Shown here: positions 31,913 to 42,047 of the stretch, one piece after another | Numbering within the stretch: the first letter of the stretch is position 1 | Layout: every line of letters starts with the position of its first letter | NCBI GenBank assembly: GCA_965248535.1 | Contig: CBDFJR010000002.1 | Location: forward strand, 2,112,001-2,176,000 | DNA length: 64,000 nucleotides | Origin: Phormidesmis sp. | Lineage (GTDB): Bacteria; Cyanobacteriota; Cyanobacteriia; Leptolyngbyales; Leptolyngbyaceae | Direction: 5' to 3' | The notes under the pieces: generated by a model | Seen by the model: the letters and a program-made list of their open reading frames with translations, nothing else | What the model was told of the DNA's origin: nothing | Databases searched by the model: none | Translations under genes and position numbers: made by a program

Positions 31913-31997
31913 GTCTAACAACGCAGTGGAGTGGACAGTACAGAGTCTTCGCGCTTCGTTTAAGTTTGCTCGCCGCCGCTCACTTTAGCCATTAGCA
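31913..31997 (+). other. Integron attC recombination site 3 (core GTT mutated to ATT)
   Basis: R'' GTCTAAC, 5 bp, L'' AGTGGAGT ... L' GCTCACT, 6 bp, ATTAGCA; 19 bp after the protease stop. Confidence 0.75.
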
Positions 31998-32105
31998 TTC
32001 CGTTTATGGAGCGCTTCTAAACAGAAAGAGAAAAGTAAAGAGAGATAGTGGAGTCCGGTCAACAGTCAAGAGGGCATGAATAGAAAACTGTTCAGTCAGT
32101 TATGC
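31992..32105 (+). repeat. ORF-less 108-bp unit ending in GTTATGC, copy 2
   Basis: Second copy of 30471-30584, again directly after an attC. Confidence 0.85.
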
Positions 32106-32202
32106 TGTCAAATGCTGGGTGCCGTATTAGCTCGATCGTCAGCTTGTCTCTGCTGATCAATAGTTTAGCCACTGGTGTGTAATCTCATTTTCATGCGACT
32201 CC

Positions 32203-33978
32203 CTAAGGAGACGGCGACGCAGAAGGAAGCGGTAACGGACTAGGGCTAGGCAACACACCGGGCTGATTGCCTTTTTGCAGCGCGACAAAAATATCGTAAC
32301 GAGTCGTGCGATCGCTCGTCACCGCCGCCGTCACCCCGATCGAGTGAGTGGCTTCTAGCACCGTGCGATTCATCGGGGGCAATTGCAGCAGCGGAAAGAA
32401 ATTGTTGAGACTTAGGGCCCGATCGACATCCATAAAGAAGCGACCGCTGTTTGGCTCTGGCGTGGTTTTAGTGGTTTTTCTAAACGCCTCACTCTCAGCG
32501 AGGGAATTTGCAGGCTTGGGTAAGAAGCTCGGAGCCGCAGAAGCCCCCAGATTGAGGCTGAGAAAGGCAACATCGCCCTCTAGCCAGCCGTGGGTGACAC
32601 TGACATCCCCGCTGGGCAGTGACCAGTTAACCACCGACTGACCCTCAACTTTTGCGTCTTCGACCTTGAAGGTATATTTGCTAGCCATAACCTCATCTAG
32701 CTGTTTGAGCGTTTTTTCGGCGCTGCGGCGATCGCTGCTTTGCACCATAAACACCAAACTGGTGGGTGAAGTCGTAGACGGGGGCGACGATCGCTGAGGA
32801 GACGGAATCAGCGCTAGCGCAAATTCTCCCTGCATCCAGTTGAGCAAGTCTTGGTCAAGATCTAACCCGACAGACGACTTGACTCCTTGACGCAGTTTGT
32901 CAGGGTTGCTCAACAGCCCTTGGGGAAAAAGATAGCGCACCAAACTTGAAGAAGCCCCTTGAGTAAACTCTTGCCAAAACTGCTTTAAGTTTGAACCTGA
33001 AGCCATTCTCAACGTCTCTGCTGGGAGGCGATCGGGCATGATCTTGGCGTTGTTTTTGCCCTCAAACCGCTGCTTGCTGTCAGGCGTTAGCCACCAAACG
33101 GTTTTAAACTGAATGCCGTCGGGTTCTAAAGTGGCCGTGGTTGCCAGCCCTTGATTTTGCTGAAGCTGGTTCATCAACCCCTGAGACGGAACTGGGCGAT
33201 TAGAGTTAGCGGACGATGAGTTGACAAGAGCAGGCACATTGATATAGACACTGGCTAGAGACTGCGCGGCTTTGATCTGTTCTAAAGCGTCGCCATAGCC
33301 CGGTGTGCTAGAGAGCGCCTTTCCGCCTTTGTAGGTGTCGATCGCCCGATCGATGGCCTTTGGAGTCGTGGCGACTACGATTAATTGGGCATCAAGGGCA
33401 GCGATCGACACACTTTGAGCCGAGGTGCCCAACGTCTCGCGAATGTCTACGCCCTTATAATTGCGAACCGACCATTGCCCTTTTTGGGTGGCTGGAGACT
33501 GTTCTAAAACCTGTTTTGCCTTAGTGGGGTCAGCGATCGGCAGCACCATCACCGTCGGTTCGGGGTTGGCAGGCAGGGCAGGCTGCGACGGAGCGGGCAC
33601 CGCCACCCCTAGCTGAGGCGACAAAAAAGCTAGGGTGACCTCTTTGCCGACCCAGGGCTGCACATCGCGCTGAAAATCTAGCCCTTTGCTCGTGAGAAAG
33701 CGATCGCGAAACTGGGCTAAATTTTGGTCAAAGGCGACTTGACTGCGGGGGGTGCCAAACGATCGCAGCCGCTCCCACTGACTGGGTTCAGTTGAGACCG
33801 ACACCACCATCAGGGCATCTTGAGGCACGACATTTGCGCCGACGGGCATGACGCTCAAGCGCCCTTGCCGAGAGACTAGCCAATACATCACCGCTCCGCC
33901 GCCAATCAGCAGGGCAGAGGCCCCGACTGTGAGCAACAGAGGCAGCTTTTGCGTTCGAGGTTTCGGTTTGGCTTTCAT
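32203..33978 (-). CDS. DUF3352-family protein
   Basis: N-terminal TM, GANVVPQDAL, DVQPWVGKEVTLA, LLNWMQGEFALALIP. Confidence 0.8.
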   Translation of the reverse strand: MKAKPKPRTQKLPLLLTVGASALLIGGGAVMYWLVSRQGRLSVMPVGANVVPQDALMVVSVSTEPSQWERLRSFGTPRSQVAFDQNLAQFRDRFLTSKGLDFQRDVQPWVGKEVTLAFLSPQLGVAVPAPSQPALPANPEPTVMVLPIADPTKAKQVLEQSPATQKGQWSVRNYKGVDIRETLGTSAQSVSIAALDAQLIVVATTPKAIDRAIDTYKGGKALSSTPGYGDALEQIKAAQSLASVYINVPALVNSSSANSNRPVPSQGLMNQLQQNQGLATTATLEPDGIQFKTVWWLTPDSKQRFEGKNNAKIMPDRLPAETLRMASGSNLKQFWQEFTQGASSSLVRYLFPQGLLSNPDKLRQGVKSSVGLDLDQDLLNWMQGEFALALIPSPQRSSPPSTTSPTSLVFMVQSSDRRSAEKTLKQLDEVMASKYTFKVEDAKVEGQSVVNWSLPSGDVSVTHGWLEGDVAFLSLNLGASAAPSFLPKPANSLAESEAFRKTTKTTPEPNSGRFFMDVDRALSLNNFFPLLQLPPMNRTVLEATHSIGVTAAVTSDRTTRYDIFVALQKGNQPGVLPSPSPLPLPSASPSP

Positions 33979-34117
33979 TAACAGCAGAAAATGTTGGCAA
34001 TGCCATAATCACTCTAGAAAGTATGCACGTTCTTCGCAGATCATGCTAGAGGCGGCAACGGATTATTAACTGAATGCAGCCCTGAGGAGGGTTGCAGTAG
34101 TGACAGCTTGGGAGCCG

Positions 34118-35266
34118 CTACACGAGCGACCCCGATGGAACCACTTTTCTGTAGAGCGTATCTCGCTGCTGGTGGGGGCGACCGATCGCCGCGATCGCCG
34201 CTTGCAGGGTTTCTACTTCCATACAGGTTCCGCCGAGAGCACCCGCCATTGTGGTGATGTGTTCTTCCATCAGGGTGCCGCCGATGTCATTGCAGCCCCA
34301 TTGCAGCGCTTCTATGGCTCCGGCTAGACCCAGCTTGACCCAGCTAGGCTGATGATTAGGAATCCAGTTGCCGAGAAAGATGCGGGCGACGGCCATCAGC
34401 CGCAGGGCATCTGAGAGCACGGGCTGATCGCGTCCCACCCGACGACGGAGAGGTTTGGGCGCTTCTTGCCCAACAAAGGGCAGCAAAATGAATTCAGTGA
34501 TGCCTACATAGCCGTGAGACTTGGCCGATTGTTGCAGCGATCGGATCTGGTCTAGGTGCTGCATCTGCTGTTCGGGGGTTTCAATATGCCCTGAGAGCAT
34601 GGTGCTGGTGGTCGGCACTCCATGCTGGTGCGTGGTTCTCACGATTTCTAGCCAAGTTGCCGAATTAATTTTCTCAGGGCAGAGAATTCTTCGCACCTCG
34701 TCGTCTAGCACTTCGGCGGCTGTGCCGGGCATGGAATCGACTCCGCCTGCTTGCAGGGCAGCCACCACATCTGCAAAGGTCAAGTCGTCTTGTCTGGCGA
34801 TAAACTCGACTTCTTGAGGTGAAAAGGCGTGGAGATGCAGATGGGGAAACTCAGACTTGATCGCCTCAATCACTTTGAGATAGTAGGGCAGAGAAGCTCC
34901 ATCGATTTGGGCTTCTGGGTTTAGACCCCCCTGCATACAAATCTCGGTAGCGCCGCGCTTTACGGCATCGGTGGCTTTTTCTAAAATCTGGGCCCGATCG
35001 AGCCAATAAGCCCCGTCGTCGCCGCTGTCTCGTCGAAAGGCGCAAAAGCTACAGTGCTGCTCACAGATATTGGTGAAGTTAATGTTGCGATTGATCACAT
35101 ACGTGACCGTTTCACCCGCTTGGCGTTGGCGGAGGCGATCGGCTGTAGCGCGAATCTGCTCGATCTCCGCTGGCTCAGTCTGCTTAAGCAGCACGACTCC
35201 TTCTTGAGGCGACAGGTCAGCGCCTGCGATCGCTCGGTCTAAAATCTCTGAAACGTTCATCTTCAT
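34118..35266 (-). CDS. cofH: FO synthase subunit CofH (radical SAM)
   Basis: [44 protein letters not shown]. Confidence 0.9.
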   Translation of the reverse strand: MKMNVSEILDRAIAGADLSPQEGVVLLKQTEPAEIEQIRATADRLRQRQAGETVTYVINRNINFTNICEQHCSFCAFRRDSGDDGAYWLDRAQILEKATDAVKRGATEICMQGGLNPEAQIDGASLPYYLKVIEAIKSEFPHLHLHAFSPQEVEFIARQDDLTFADVVAALQAGGVDSMPGTAAEVLDDEVRRILCPEKINSATWLEIVRTTHQHGVPTTSTMLSGHIETPEQQMQHLDQIRSLQQSAKSHGYVGITEFILLPFVGQEAPKPLRRRVGRDQPVLSDALRLMAVARIFLGNWIPNHQPSWVKLGLAGAIEALQWGCNDIGGTLMEEHITTMAGALGGTCMEVETLQAAIAAIGRPHQQRDTLYRKVVPSGSLV

Positions 35267-35271
35267 TCCCT

Positions 35272-36036
35272 TTACCGTTCCCCTGGTGCTCCCAACATTC
35301 TCAACACTCGATTGACATCGTTGAGGTCGCCGACAATGCGCCGCACCGGGCGCGGATAGACCTTCACTAGGGTCGGAGTCGCCGAAACCTGATCGATTTC
35401 TGCCTGTTCTGGATGCTTAAAAATGTCGATTACCTTCAGTGTATAGGGGTGACCGAGCGACTCTTCTAAGAGTTGGTGCAAGTTTTCTAAAATGCGCTGG
35501 GTCGCGGCACTGTAGCCCGACACAAACAGCCGCAGCACATAGCCTTGGGTATAGGTTTGAGCCACTCCTATCGCCCGACGATCGCCCGACTCAGACCGCT
35601 CGATCGGGCTGCTCTCAACGCGAATCACCAGATCGTGGCTCTCCCAAAGCTGAGGAAACTGCTGGCGATAGGTGGCTAATAGCGCTGGATCGCAGACCCC
35701 TTCGGGCAAGGGGGCCATCTGCCAGTTGAGGTGCTGAGTCTCAAACACAGCATCTAACAGCGCCCGATAGCGAAAGACGAGAGGATAAGCTTCAGCAAAG
35801 GTTCTCACTTGGCGTGTGGCAGAGTCGAGCCAGCGATCGAGGGTGGCCGTGTAGCAAGGCACTAAAAAATGGGGCGGTTCGGGTAGCTCTAAAATTTCCT
35901 GAAGGGTCGCACACAGATTCAAATGCCATCGCCCTTGTTTGCCGGGGTCAATGCAGTAGACCAAATCTCCACCGGGCGTAAACAGAGCGATGCCTTTAAA
36001 AACTGACGGAACGGAACGCCGGAAATAGGGATTCAA
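35272..36036 (-). CDS. Protein with C-terminal KaiB-like domain
   Basis: YVLRLFVSG...[32 protein letters not shown], preceded by a separate N-terminal domain ([11 protein letters not shown]). Confidence 0.85.
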   Translation of the reverse strand: MNPYFRRSVPSVFKGIALFTPGGDLVYCIDPGKQGRWHLNLCATLQEILELPEPPHFLVPCYTATLDRWLDSATRQVRTFAEAYPLVFRYRALLDAVFETQHLNWQMAPLPEGVCDPALLATYRQQFPQLWESHDLVIRVESSPIERSESGDRRAIGVAQTYTQGYVLRLFVSGYSAATQRILENLHQLLEESLGHPYTLKVIDIFKHPEQAEIDQVSATPTLVKVYPRPVRRIVGDLNDVNRVLRMLGAPGER

Positions 36037-36159
36037 GATCTACCAACAAAAAATGAAGAGGGGACTTGAAGCGATCAGTAGATCACCTCAAGAGACTATT
36101 CTCTTACATTCGCTGGACAATCTACGATCGAGAACCTAGTCAAAAAAATTTGGACTGGC

Positions 36160-36924
36160 TCACCAGAGAAGCAACTGGGCTGCCGAGTTAAAAAACTGCC
36201 GCAATAGCCCCTGCGTCACCAAAATCGTGGTCAACAGCGTCGAAAACGCCAGCATAAACAAAATCAACAGTTGAAACGCCGCCGCCTGAATCGGATTGGC
36301 TCCGCCTAAAAGTTGACCCGTGATCGTGCCTGGAAGCGTCACCAACCCCACCACCATCATCGAGTTGAGGGTCGGAATCAATCCTGCTTTGATGGCATCG
36401 CGGCGATGGTGAGCCACCGCTTGTTGAGGCGTTGCCCCCAAACTGAGATGGGTTTCAATTTCGAGTTGACTCGCGTTGAGGGTGCTGACTAAGCGATCGC
36501 CCGCGATCGCCGCCGCATTCATCGCGTTGCCCAACACAATGCCTGTGAGGGGAATCACTGCCTGCGGGTCATACCACGGCTGGGGCTGCACAATCAGCAG
36601 ATTAGTGTAGGTCAACGTCAGGGCAGTGCTGACTAGAATGGAGCCAGCAATTAGGGGCAGCAAGCGCGGAATTTTTTGACTGATGCGATTGCGGGCCACG
36701 ATCGAGGCAATCACGAGCATTCCCGCTAAAACTGCCAGCACTGCCCAGGGATTTTTGAAGGCAAACACGACCCCCAAAAAATAGCCCACCACGGTTAATT
36801 GGGCGATCGTCCGGCCTGCTGCGAGAGTCAAACTGCCCTCTAAGCCCACTTTTTGCCAGGCTGAAAGCGCGATCGCTGCAACGATTAGCCCCAAAGCCCA
36901 CGGAAGTCGAATGAGTAGATCCAT
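36160..36924 (-). CDS. fetB: UPF0014/FetB-family ABC permease
   Basis: RTIAQL..VGY, IPLTGIVLGNAMN, LSLGAT, VGLVTLPG..TGQLL. Confidence 0.82.
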   Translation of the reverse strand: MDLLIRLPWALGLIVAAIALSAWQKVGLEGSLTLAAGRTIAQLTVVGYFLGVVFAFKNPWAVLAVLAGMLVIASIVARNRISQKIPRLLPLIAGSILVSTALTLTYTNLLIVQPQPWYDPQAVIPLTGIVLGNAMNAAAIAGDRLVSTLNASQLEIETHLSLGATPQQAVAHHRRDAIKAGLIPTLNSMMVVGLVTLPGTITGQLLGGANPIQAAAFQLLILFMLAFSTLLTTILVTQGLLRQFFNSAAQLLLW

Positions 36925-37065
36925 GCTGCGCCGCTTTTCCTCTTAACTCCCCGATCTTGCCAGATAGAGGATTTGTTGAAACAATTGAAAGGTTTAATAG
37001 TCTAGCTGCTTAAGAAACCCGATTCTAAAAGCGGCCTTAGCAATTACAGCGCGTGGTGCAGTTGA

Positions 37066-38205
37066 GTGAATATCATCCCTCCGTTTGACCTGTCAGAACA
37101 ATATAAAGTTATCGGCGAAGAGATTAATCAAGCCGTTTTAGACGTGCTGGCTTCTGGTCGATATATTGGCGGCGCGATCGTTGAAAAATTTGAGCAAACG
37201 CTGGCGGCTTACCTAGGGGTTTCTGAGTGCGTGTCCTGCAACTCTGGCACCGATGCGCTTTATCTAGCCCTTCGCGCTTTTAAAATCGGGGCCGGAGACG
37301 AGGTGATCACCACGCCGTTTACCTTTGTGGCCACGGGCGAAACGGTGAGTGCAGTTGGGGCTACGCCAGTTTTTGTCGATATCGATCCACAGACGTTTAA
37401 TCTAGATCTGAGTCAAATCGAGGCGGCGATTACGCCCCGCACAAAGGCGATCGTTCCCGTTCATCTATTTGGGCAGCCTGTTGATATGACGCGACTGATG
37501 GCGATCGCTGACGCTCATCACCTAACCGTGATCGAAGACTGTGCCCAGGCAACGGGGGCAGACTGGGCGGGTCAAAAAGTCGGCAGCATTGGACAGATTG
37601 GCTGTTTTAGCTTTTATCCGACTAAAAATCTGGGAGCCTGTGGCGATGGGGGCGCAATCACGACCAATGACCCAGAGATTGCAGCAACCCTGAGAATGCT
37701 GCGGGATCACGGGCGGCGCAGTGGCTATTATCACGAAGAATTTGGAGTCAACAGCCGACTCGACGCAGTGCAGGCGGCAATTTTGCAGATCAAACTGCGC
37801 TATCTCGACGGCTGGAATGATCAGCGTCGTCTCGTTGCCGATCGCTATCATCAACTGCTGCACCCCATTTCTAGAGTGGTGACACCGCAGGAAATTCCTA
37901 ACGGGCACAGCGTCTGGAATCAATATACCGTCAGGGTTGTAGACGATCTCAATCAGCCTCAAGATGGGGAACGGCTGCGCGATCGCGTTCGCACCCAACT
38001 CCGAGCAATGGGGGTCAACTCCATGATTTATTACCCATTGCCGCTGCATCTGCAACCGATTTATCAGTCGTTGGGCTATCAGCCTGGGCAGTTGCCGATG
38101 TCCGATCGGGTCGCTGGTGAAGTCTTATCGCTGCCGATGTTTCCCGAACTCTCGATCGAGCAGCAAGATCAGGTGATTTACAGTTTAAAAGACTGTTTGG
38201 GGTGA
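37066..38205 (+). CDS. DegT/DnrJ/EryC1/StrS aminotransferase
   Basis: NSGTDAL, IEDCAQA, SFYPTKNLG, NSRLD, LSLPMFP. Confidence 0.93.
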   Translation: MNIIPPFDLSEQYKVIGEEINQAVLDVLASGRYIGGAIVEKFEQTLAAYLGVSECVSCNSGTDALYLALRAFKIGAGDEVITTPFTFVATGETVSAVGATPVFVDIDPQTFNLDLSQIEAAITPRTKAIVPVHLFGQPVDMTRLMAIADAHHLTVIEDCAQATGADWAGQKVGSIGQIGCFSFYPTKNLGACGDGGAITTNDPEIAATLRMLRDHGRRSGYYHEEFGVNSRLDAVQAAILQIKLRYLDGWNDQRRLVADRYHQLLHPISRVVTPQEIPNGHSVWNQYTVRVVDDLNQPQDGERLRDRVRTQLRAMGVNSMIYYPLPLHLQPIYQSLGYQPGQLPMSDRVAGEVLSLPMFPELSIEQQDQVIYSLKDCLG

Positions 38206-38474
38206 GCGATTCTGCCAGAAAATCGGTAGAAACTTTACGGTTGACGGGTTTAGATGAAATATGCTCTTGATGAGCCTAAAGCAATAAATTTGTAGTTTTC
38301 CATACTAGAATTAAACAAAAGGTAACAATTAGTAATCATTAATAGCAGTTATCTATCCGGGATATTTCCGAAGTTTTTGGCAATCAGTTAGGGTTGTAGG
38401 CGCAAGCCGCTCTACATCCGATCTGAGCGACTGCTATTGGTGCTTAACCCTAGTCTTGAGAGGCACTGTAGAAC

Positions 38475-40229
38475 GTGGGTCTAAGTCCCCTGAGTCAGCT
38501 TAAAAAATATGATGCGGGTGCGATCGCCCGATATTATCGCTATCGTCCGTGGAGGGCTATCTGGCGCGCTCTCAAAATCACTGGCTTCTTTTTAGGATTT
38601 ATTCTCGGCTTAAAGTGGGATGACTGGCAGGGTCAAGCAGAGCGCAACCAATATCGTCGTGCATCTCAGCTACGGCAGATCTTGACCGATTTGGGCCCGA
38701 CGTTTATCAAGGTGGGTCAGGCGCTCTCTACACGACCTGATTTAGTCCGGCAAGATTTTCTAGCTGAACTGGTGAAACTGCAAGACCAGTTGCCGCCTTT
38801 TTCTAATGAGCTTGCGTTTCGGACGATCGAGACCCAGTTGGATGACCCGATCGCCGATATTTTTAGCGAAATCTCGCCCAACCCTGTAGCGGCCGCTAGC
38901 TTGGGGCAAGTCTATCGCGCTCGTCTCTACAGTGGCGAAGAGGTGGCGGTCAAGGTGCAGCGTCCCAATCTTCACCCGATCTTGACCCTTGATCTCTATT
39001 TGATGCGCTGGGCGGCGAGTTGGCTGTCACCCTGGCTGCCGCTTAATTTGGGGCACGACCTAACGCTGATTGTCGATGAGTTTGGCACCAAGCTATTTGA
39101 AGAAATCGACTACATTAACGAAGGCCGCAACGCTGAGAAATTTGCTGACAACTTTCGCGGCGACCCCACGGTGAAAGTGCCCTCGATCGTCTGGCGCTAC
39201 ACCACTTACAACGTGCTTGTTTTGGAGTGGATTAATGGGTTTAAGCTCACGGATCTCGATCGCATCAAACAAACTGGCCTCGACACCGACGCTCTGATTC
39301 GGATCGGGGTCACGTCGGGTCTACGGCAACTGCTCGAACACGGCTTTTTTCACGCTGACCCCCACCCTGGAAATTTGTTTGCGGTGGCGGCACCCTCCAC
39401 TAATGGCGACGGGGCGGCAACGGCGCAAATGGCTTACATCGACTTTGGCATGATGGATCAGTTGGATGAGAGCGGCAAAGAAAGCCTCGTGGATGCTGTC
39501 GTGCATCTGATCAACAAAGATTATGTTGAGCTGGCCAAAGATTTCGTCAAATTAGGGTTCTTAACGCCCGATGTAGATATTCTGCCGATCGTCCCCGCTT
39601 TAGAATCGGTGCTGGGTGACATCATGGGCGAGAGCGTCCGAGATTTTAACTTCAAGACGATCACCGATCAGTTTTCAAAGCTGATGTATGATTACCCATT
39701 CCGAATTCCGGCTAAGTTTGCGCTGATCATCCGATCGCTGGTCACCCAAGAAGGCTTGGCGCTTACTCTCAATCCCAATTTTAGAATTGTCGAAGTGGCT
39801 TATCCCTATATTGCTCGACGGTTGCTGACGGGCGAATCGGCTCAACTGCGGCGCAGGCTGATTGAGGTGCTGTTTAAAGGAGGCAAGTTTCAGTGGCAGC
39901 GCCTAGAAAATTTGATCGCGATCGCGCAATCCGACGATGGATTTGATCTGCTGCCCACGGCGCAACTAGGGCTGCAATACATTCTCTCTGGTGAAGGTCA
40001 ATTTTTGCGCCAGCAGCTACTTTTGGCGCTGACCGAAGACGATCGCCTGCACACTGAAGAAGTGCGGCGCTTGTGGGATCTGATCAAAGGTGAACTGAAG
40101 CCCGATCGCTTGCTCAGTGCTGCGGTTGGCGCTATTGCAGAGTTTTCGGCAGCCCGAACGGCGGCTCTAATGCCATCGGTGGCGGCTTTGACTGATCTCG
40201 CCGCTAACGGTACTATGAAGAAGTTTTAA
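38475..40229 (+). CDS. ABC1/UbiB family atypical kinase
   Basis: LGPTFIKVGQ, AAASLGQVY, VAVKVQRP, HADPHPGN, IDFGMM. Confidence 0.93.
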   Translation: MGLSPLSQLKKYDAGAIARYYRYRPWRAIWRALKITGFFLGFILGLKWDDWQGQAERNQYRRASQLRQILTDLGPTFIKVGQALSTRPDLVRQDFLAELVKLQDQLPPFSNELAFRTIETQLDDPIADIFSEISPNPVAAASLGQVYRARLYSGEEVAVKVQRPNLHPILTLDLYLMRWAASWLSPWLPLNLGHDLTLIVDEFGTKLFEEIDYINEGRNAEKFADNFRGDPTVKVPSIVWRYTTYNVLVLEWINGFKLTDLDRIKQTGLDTDALIRIGVTSGLRQLLEHGFFHADPHPGNLFAVAAPSTNGDGAATAQMAYIDFGMMDQLDESGKESLVDAVVHLINKDYVELAKDFVKLGFLTPDVDILPIVPALESVLGDIMGESVRDFNFKTITDQFSKLMYDYPFRIPAKFALIIRSLVTQEGLALTLNPNFRIVEVAYPYIARRLLTGESAQLRRRLIEVLFKGGKFQWQRLENLIAIAQSDDGFDLLPTAQLGLQYILSGEGQFLRQQLLLALTEDDRLHTEEVRRLWDLIKGELKPDRLLSAAVGAIAEFSAARTAALMPSVAALTDLAANGTMKKF

Positions 40230-40268
40230 GCAACAACTGTTCACTTTCCCCTACCTTCTTAACCAAAC

Positions 40269-40640
40269 GTGTATAGCTTCCCCGAACCTCCCTATCTCCT
40301 GCTTGTGATCGGCCTGTTGGCGAGTCTGGCTTCTGGCACCGCTTTTGATGCTGTGCTCAAACAATCGGTGCGCGAGTGGTCAAAAAATCGATCGACCTAC
40401 ACCCTAGCCAACGTGCAGGGAATGCAGCTTTTTGTGCCATTTTTGGGCATTGCGGGCGGCTGCTGTTTTTTCTTGTCGGCTGGCATGGAGATTTTTGGTC
40501 TGCCGACGTTTCTAGCCTATGGCATTGCGGTGCCGTTGACGATCGCTATTACTTGGCTGGTCTGGTGGCAGTTGGGCAAAATTTTGGCAGAGCTTGAGCA
40601 GGGTGGTTCTCAAGCCTTAGACTTAGATTCTTTCGGCTGA
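40269..40640 (+). CDS. Conserved cyanobacterial small membrane protein
   Basis: PEPPYLLL...GSQALDLD; three TM segments. Confidence 0.75.
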   Translation: MYSFPEPPYLLLVIGLLASLASGTAFDAVLKQSVREWSKNRSTYTLANVQGMQLFVPFLGIAGGCCFFLSAGMEIFGLPTFLAYGIAVPLTIAITWLVWWQLGKILAELEQGGSQALDLDSFG

Positions 40641-40706
40641 TTTAGACTCTTCGCTGACTCGCTTGGGGTCGTGAATTAAATCTAGTGGGTCATCTGCATA
40701 GGCACT

Positions 40707-40820
40707 GGGCACGGCAGTGCCATGCCCTTACTGCGGTGGGTTATCCGGGCACGGCAGTGCCATGCCTCTACTGCGGTGGGTTATCTGCGTGGGCCTTGTA
40801 CGACAGTGCCATGCCCTTAC
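40707..40820. repeat. Tandem palindromic dispersed repeats (two 40-bp units plus a degenerate third)
   Basis: GGGCACGGCAGTGCCATGCC(CT/TC)TACTGCGGTGGGTTATC at 40707 and 40747; third CAGTGCCATGCCCTTAC near 40804. Confidence 0.8.
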
Positions 40821-40842
40821 TGAGACTTCTTAGGGTGTGGCT

Positions 40843-41769
40843 CTAGCGGGTTCTCAGTTTTTCAAGCTGCTGCGCTGATTTTTCGGCCCAAGCTGAATTT
40901 TTTTGGGCTGTAAACAAGTTTTTGGCATAGTTAAAAACCTGCTGGGCATCTGCGATCTTGTTCTGACGAATGAAGACTAATCCTGCTCCATAGTAGGCGT
41001 TGGCATAATTGGGGTTGACTTGGCTAGACTGGCGAAACGCAGTCAGAGCGCCGCCGAAATCTCCCTGGTTAAATAGAATTGAACCCAGGCTGTAATGAGC
41101 CTCTGCATAGTTGGGGTTGCGCTGCACAGCAAGCCGAAAGGCGGCGATCGCTTCTCTATTCTTCTGCTGTTTTTGATAGACCAAGCCCAGATGATAAAGT
41201 GGCTCTGGCGCGCTGGGCGTGAATTGAGCCGCTTCTTGAAAGGCAGCGATCGCGCCTGATAAATCATTTTGAAGCTCTAAGACGAGACCAAGATTGTAGT
41301 AAGCAAGTCCGAGTTTGGGGTCGAGTTGGAGCGATCGCTGCAAATAGTCTCGCGCTTGATTGAAATTATTTCCTTCGATCAGGGCGGCTCCTAGATTTGC
41401 ATAGGCTAATGCAAAATTGGGATCAGCCTGAGTTGCTTGATGAAAGGCTGTGGCCGAGGCTTGCAGTTGCCCTTGCTGCCGCAGCGCCAGCCCCAGATTA
41501 TAGTGAGCCGCCGCCAGATTGGGATTGATTTGGGTCGCCTGTCGAAAAGCGGCGATCGCGTCATTGAGTCGCCCTTGCTGAATGAGTTGCAACCCCTGGT
41601 TAACTCTGGCTTCGGCGGTTTGCCCGTTGGTTTGCGCCATCACCACCGTCGTGATTCGCTCCGGCAAGATCACTAAGCTTGAAATCAGCAATCCGCTAGC
41701 GAGAACACTGAGAGATTTAACGAAGAACGACATACCAAATTTGAGGCTGAGAGGGCCGATCGCAGCCAA
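40843..41769 (-). CDS. TPR-repeat protein
   Basis: Repeated A(H/Y)YNLG..L...G....A 34-aa units; N-terminal hydrophobic segment; start uncertain. Confidence 0.9.
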   Translation of the reverse strand: MAAIGPLSLKFGMSFFVKSLSVLASGLLISSLVILPERITTVVMAQTNGQTAEARVNQGLQLIQQGRLNDAIAAFRQATQINPNLAAAHYNLGLALRQQGQLQASATAFHQATQADPNFALAYANLGAALIEGNNFNQARDYLQRSLQLDPKLGLAYYNLGLVLELQNDLSGAIAAFQEAAQFTPSAPEPLYHLGLVYQKQQKNREAIAAFRLAVQRNPNYAEAHYSLGSILFNQGDFGGALTAFRQSSQVNPNYANAYYGAGLVFIRQNKIADAQQVFNYAKNLFTAQKNSAWAEKSAQQLEKLRTR

Positions 41770-42047
41770 TCATAGCAGCAATCGATTGAGGTGAAGCGGA
41801 TTGTTCGGCTGCTCCTCCGCACTATGGTAGAGGTAGTGCTTGGAGCACACCTATGAGCCATTAGAATGAGGTCATCGCTGGCTTACGCTATTGAGATGTA
41901 ACAAGTTTCAAGTACTAGTGCTCGAAATGAGCAGTACAGATATACCGTATCTATTTTTTGTGATACAAGATTAATATGCTCATTTCTCTGTATTCTGTCT
42001 GCTTTCTAGGAGATGAATCCGTATTTGCCTGAAATCTAATCACAACT

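Noticed and set aside
38292..38305. GTA-N8-TAC NtcA-like box upstream of the ABC1 kinase
   Set aside because: No TAN3T -10 element at the canonical spacing; a 6-bp match is expected by chance.
40707..40820. Possible CRISPR array
   Set aside because: The sequences between repeats are identical rather than unique spacers, there are only 2-3 units, no cas genes are present, and the same palindrome family occurs at 12858.
41911..41947. Two LexA-like AGTAC-N3 boxes upstream of the HNH gene
   Set aside because: Each has a mismatch in the second half-site; too weak without comparative data.
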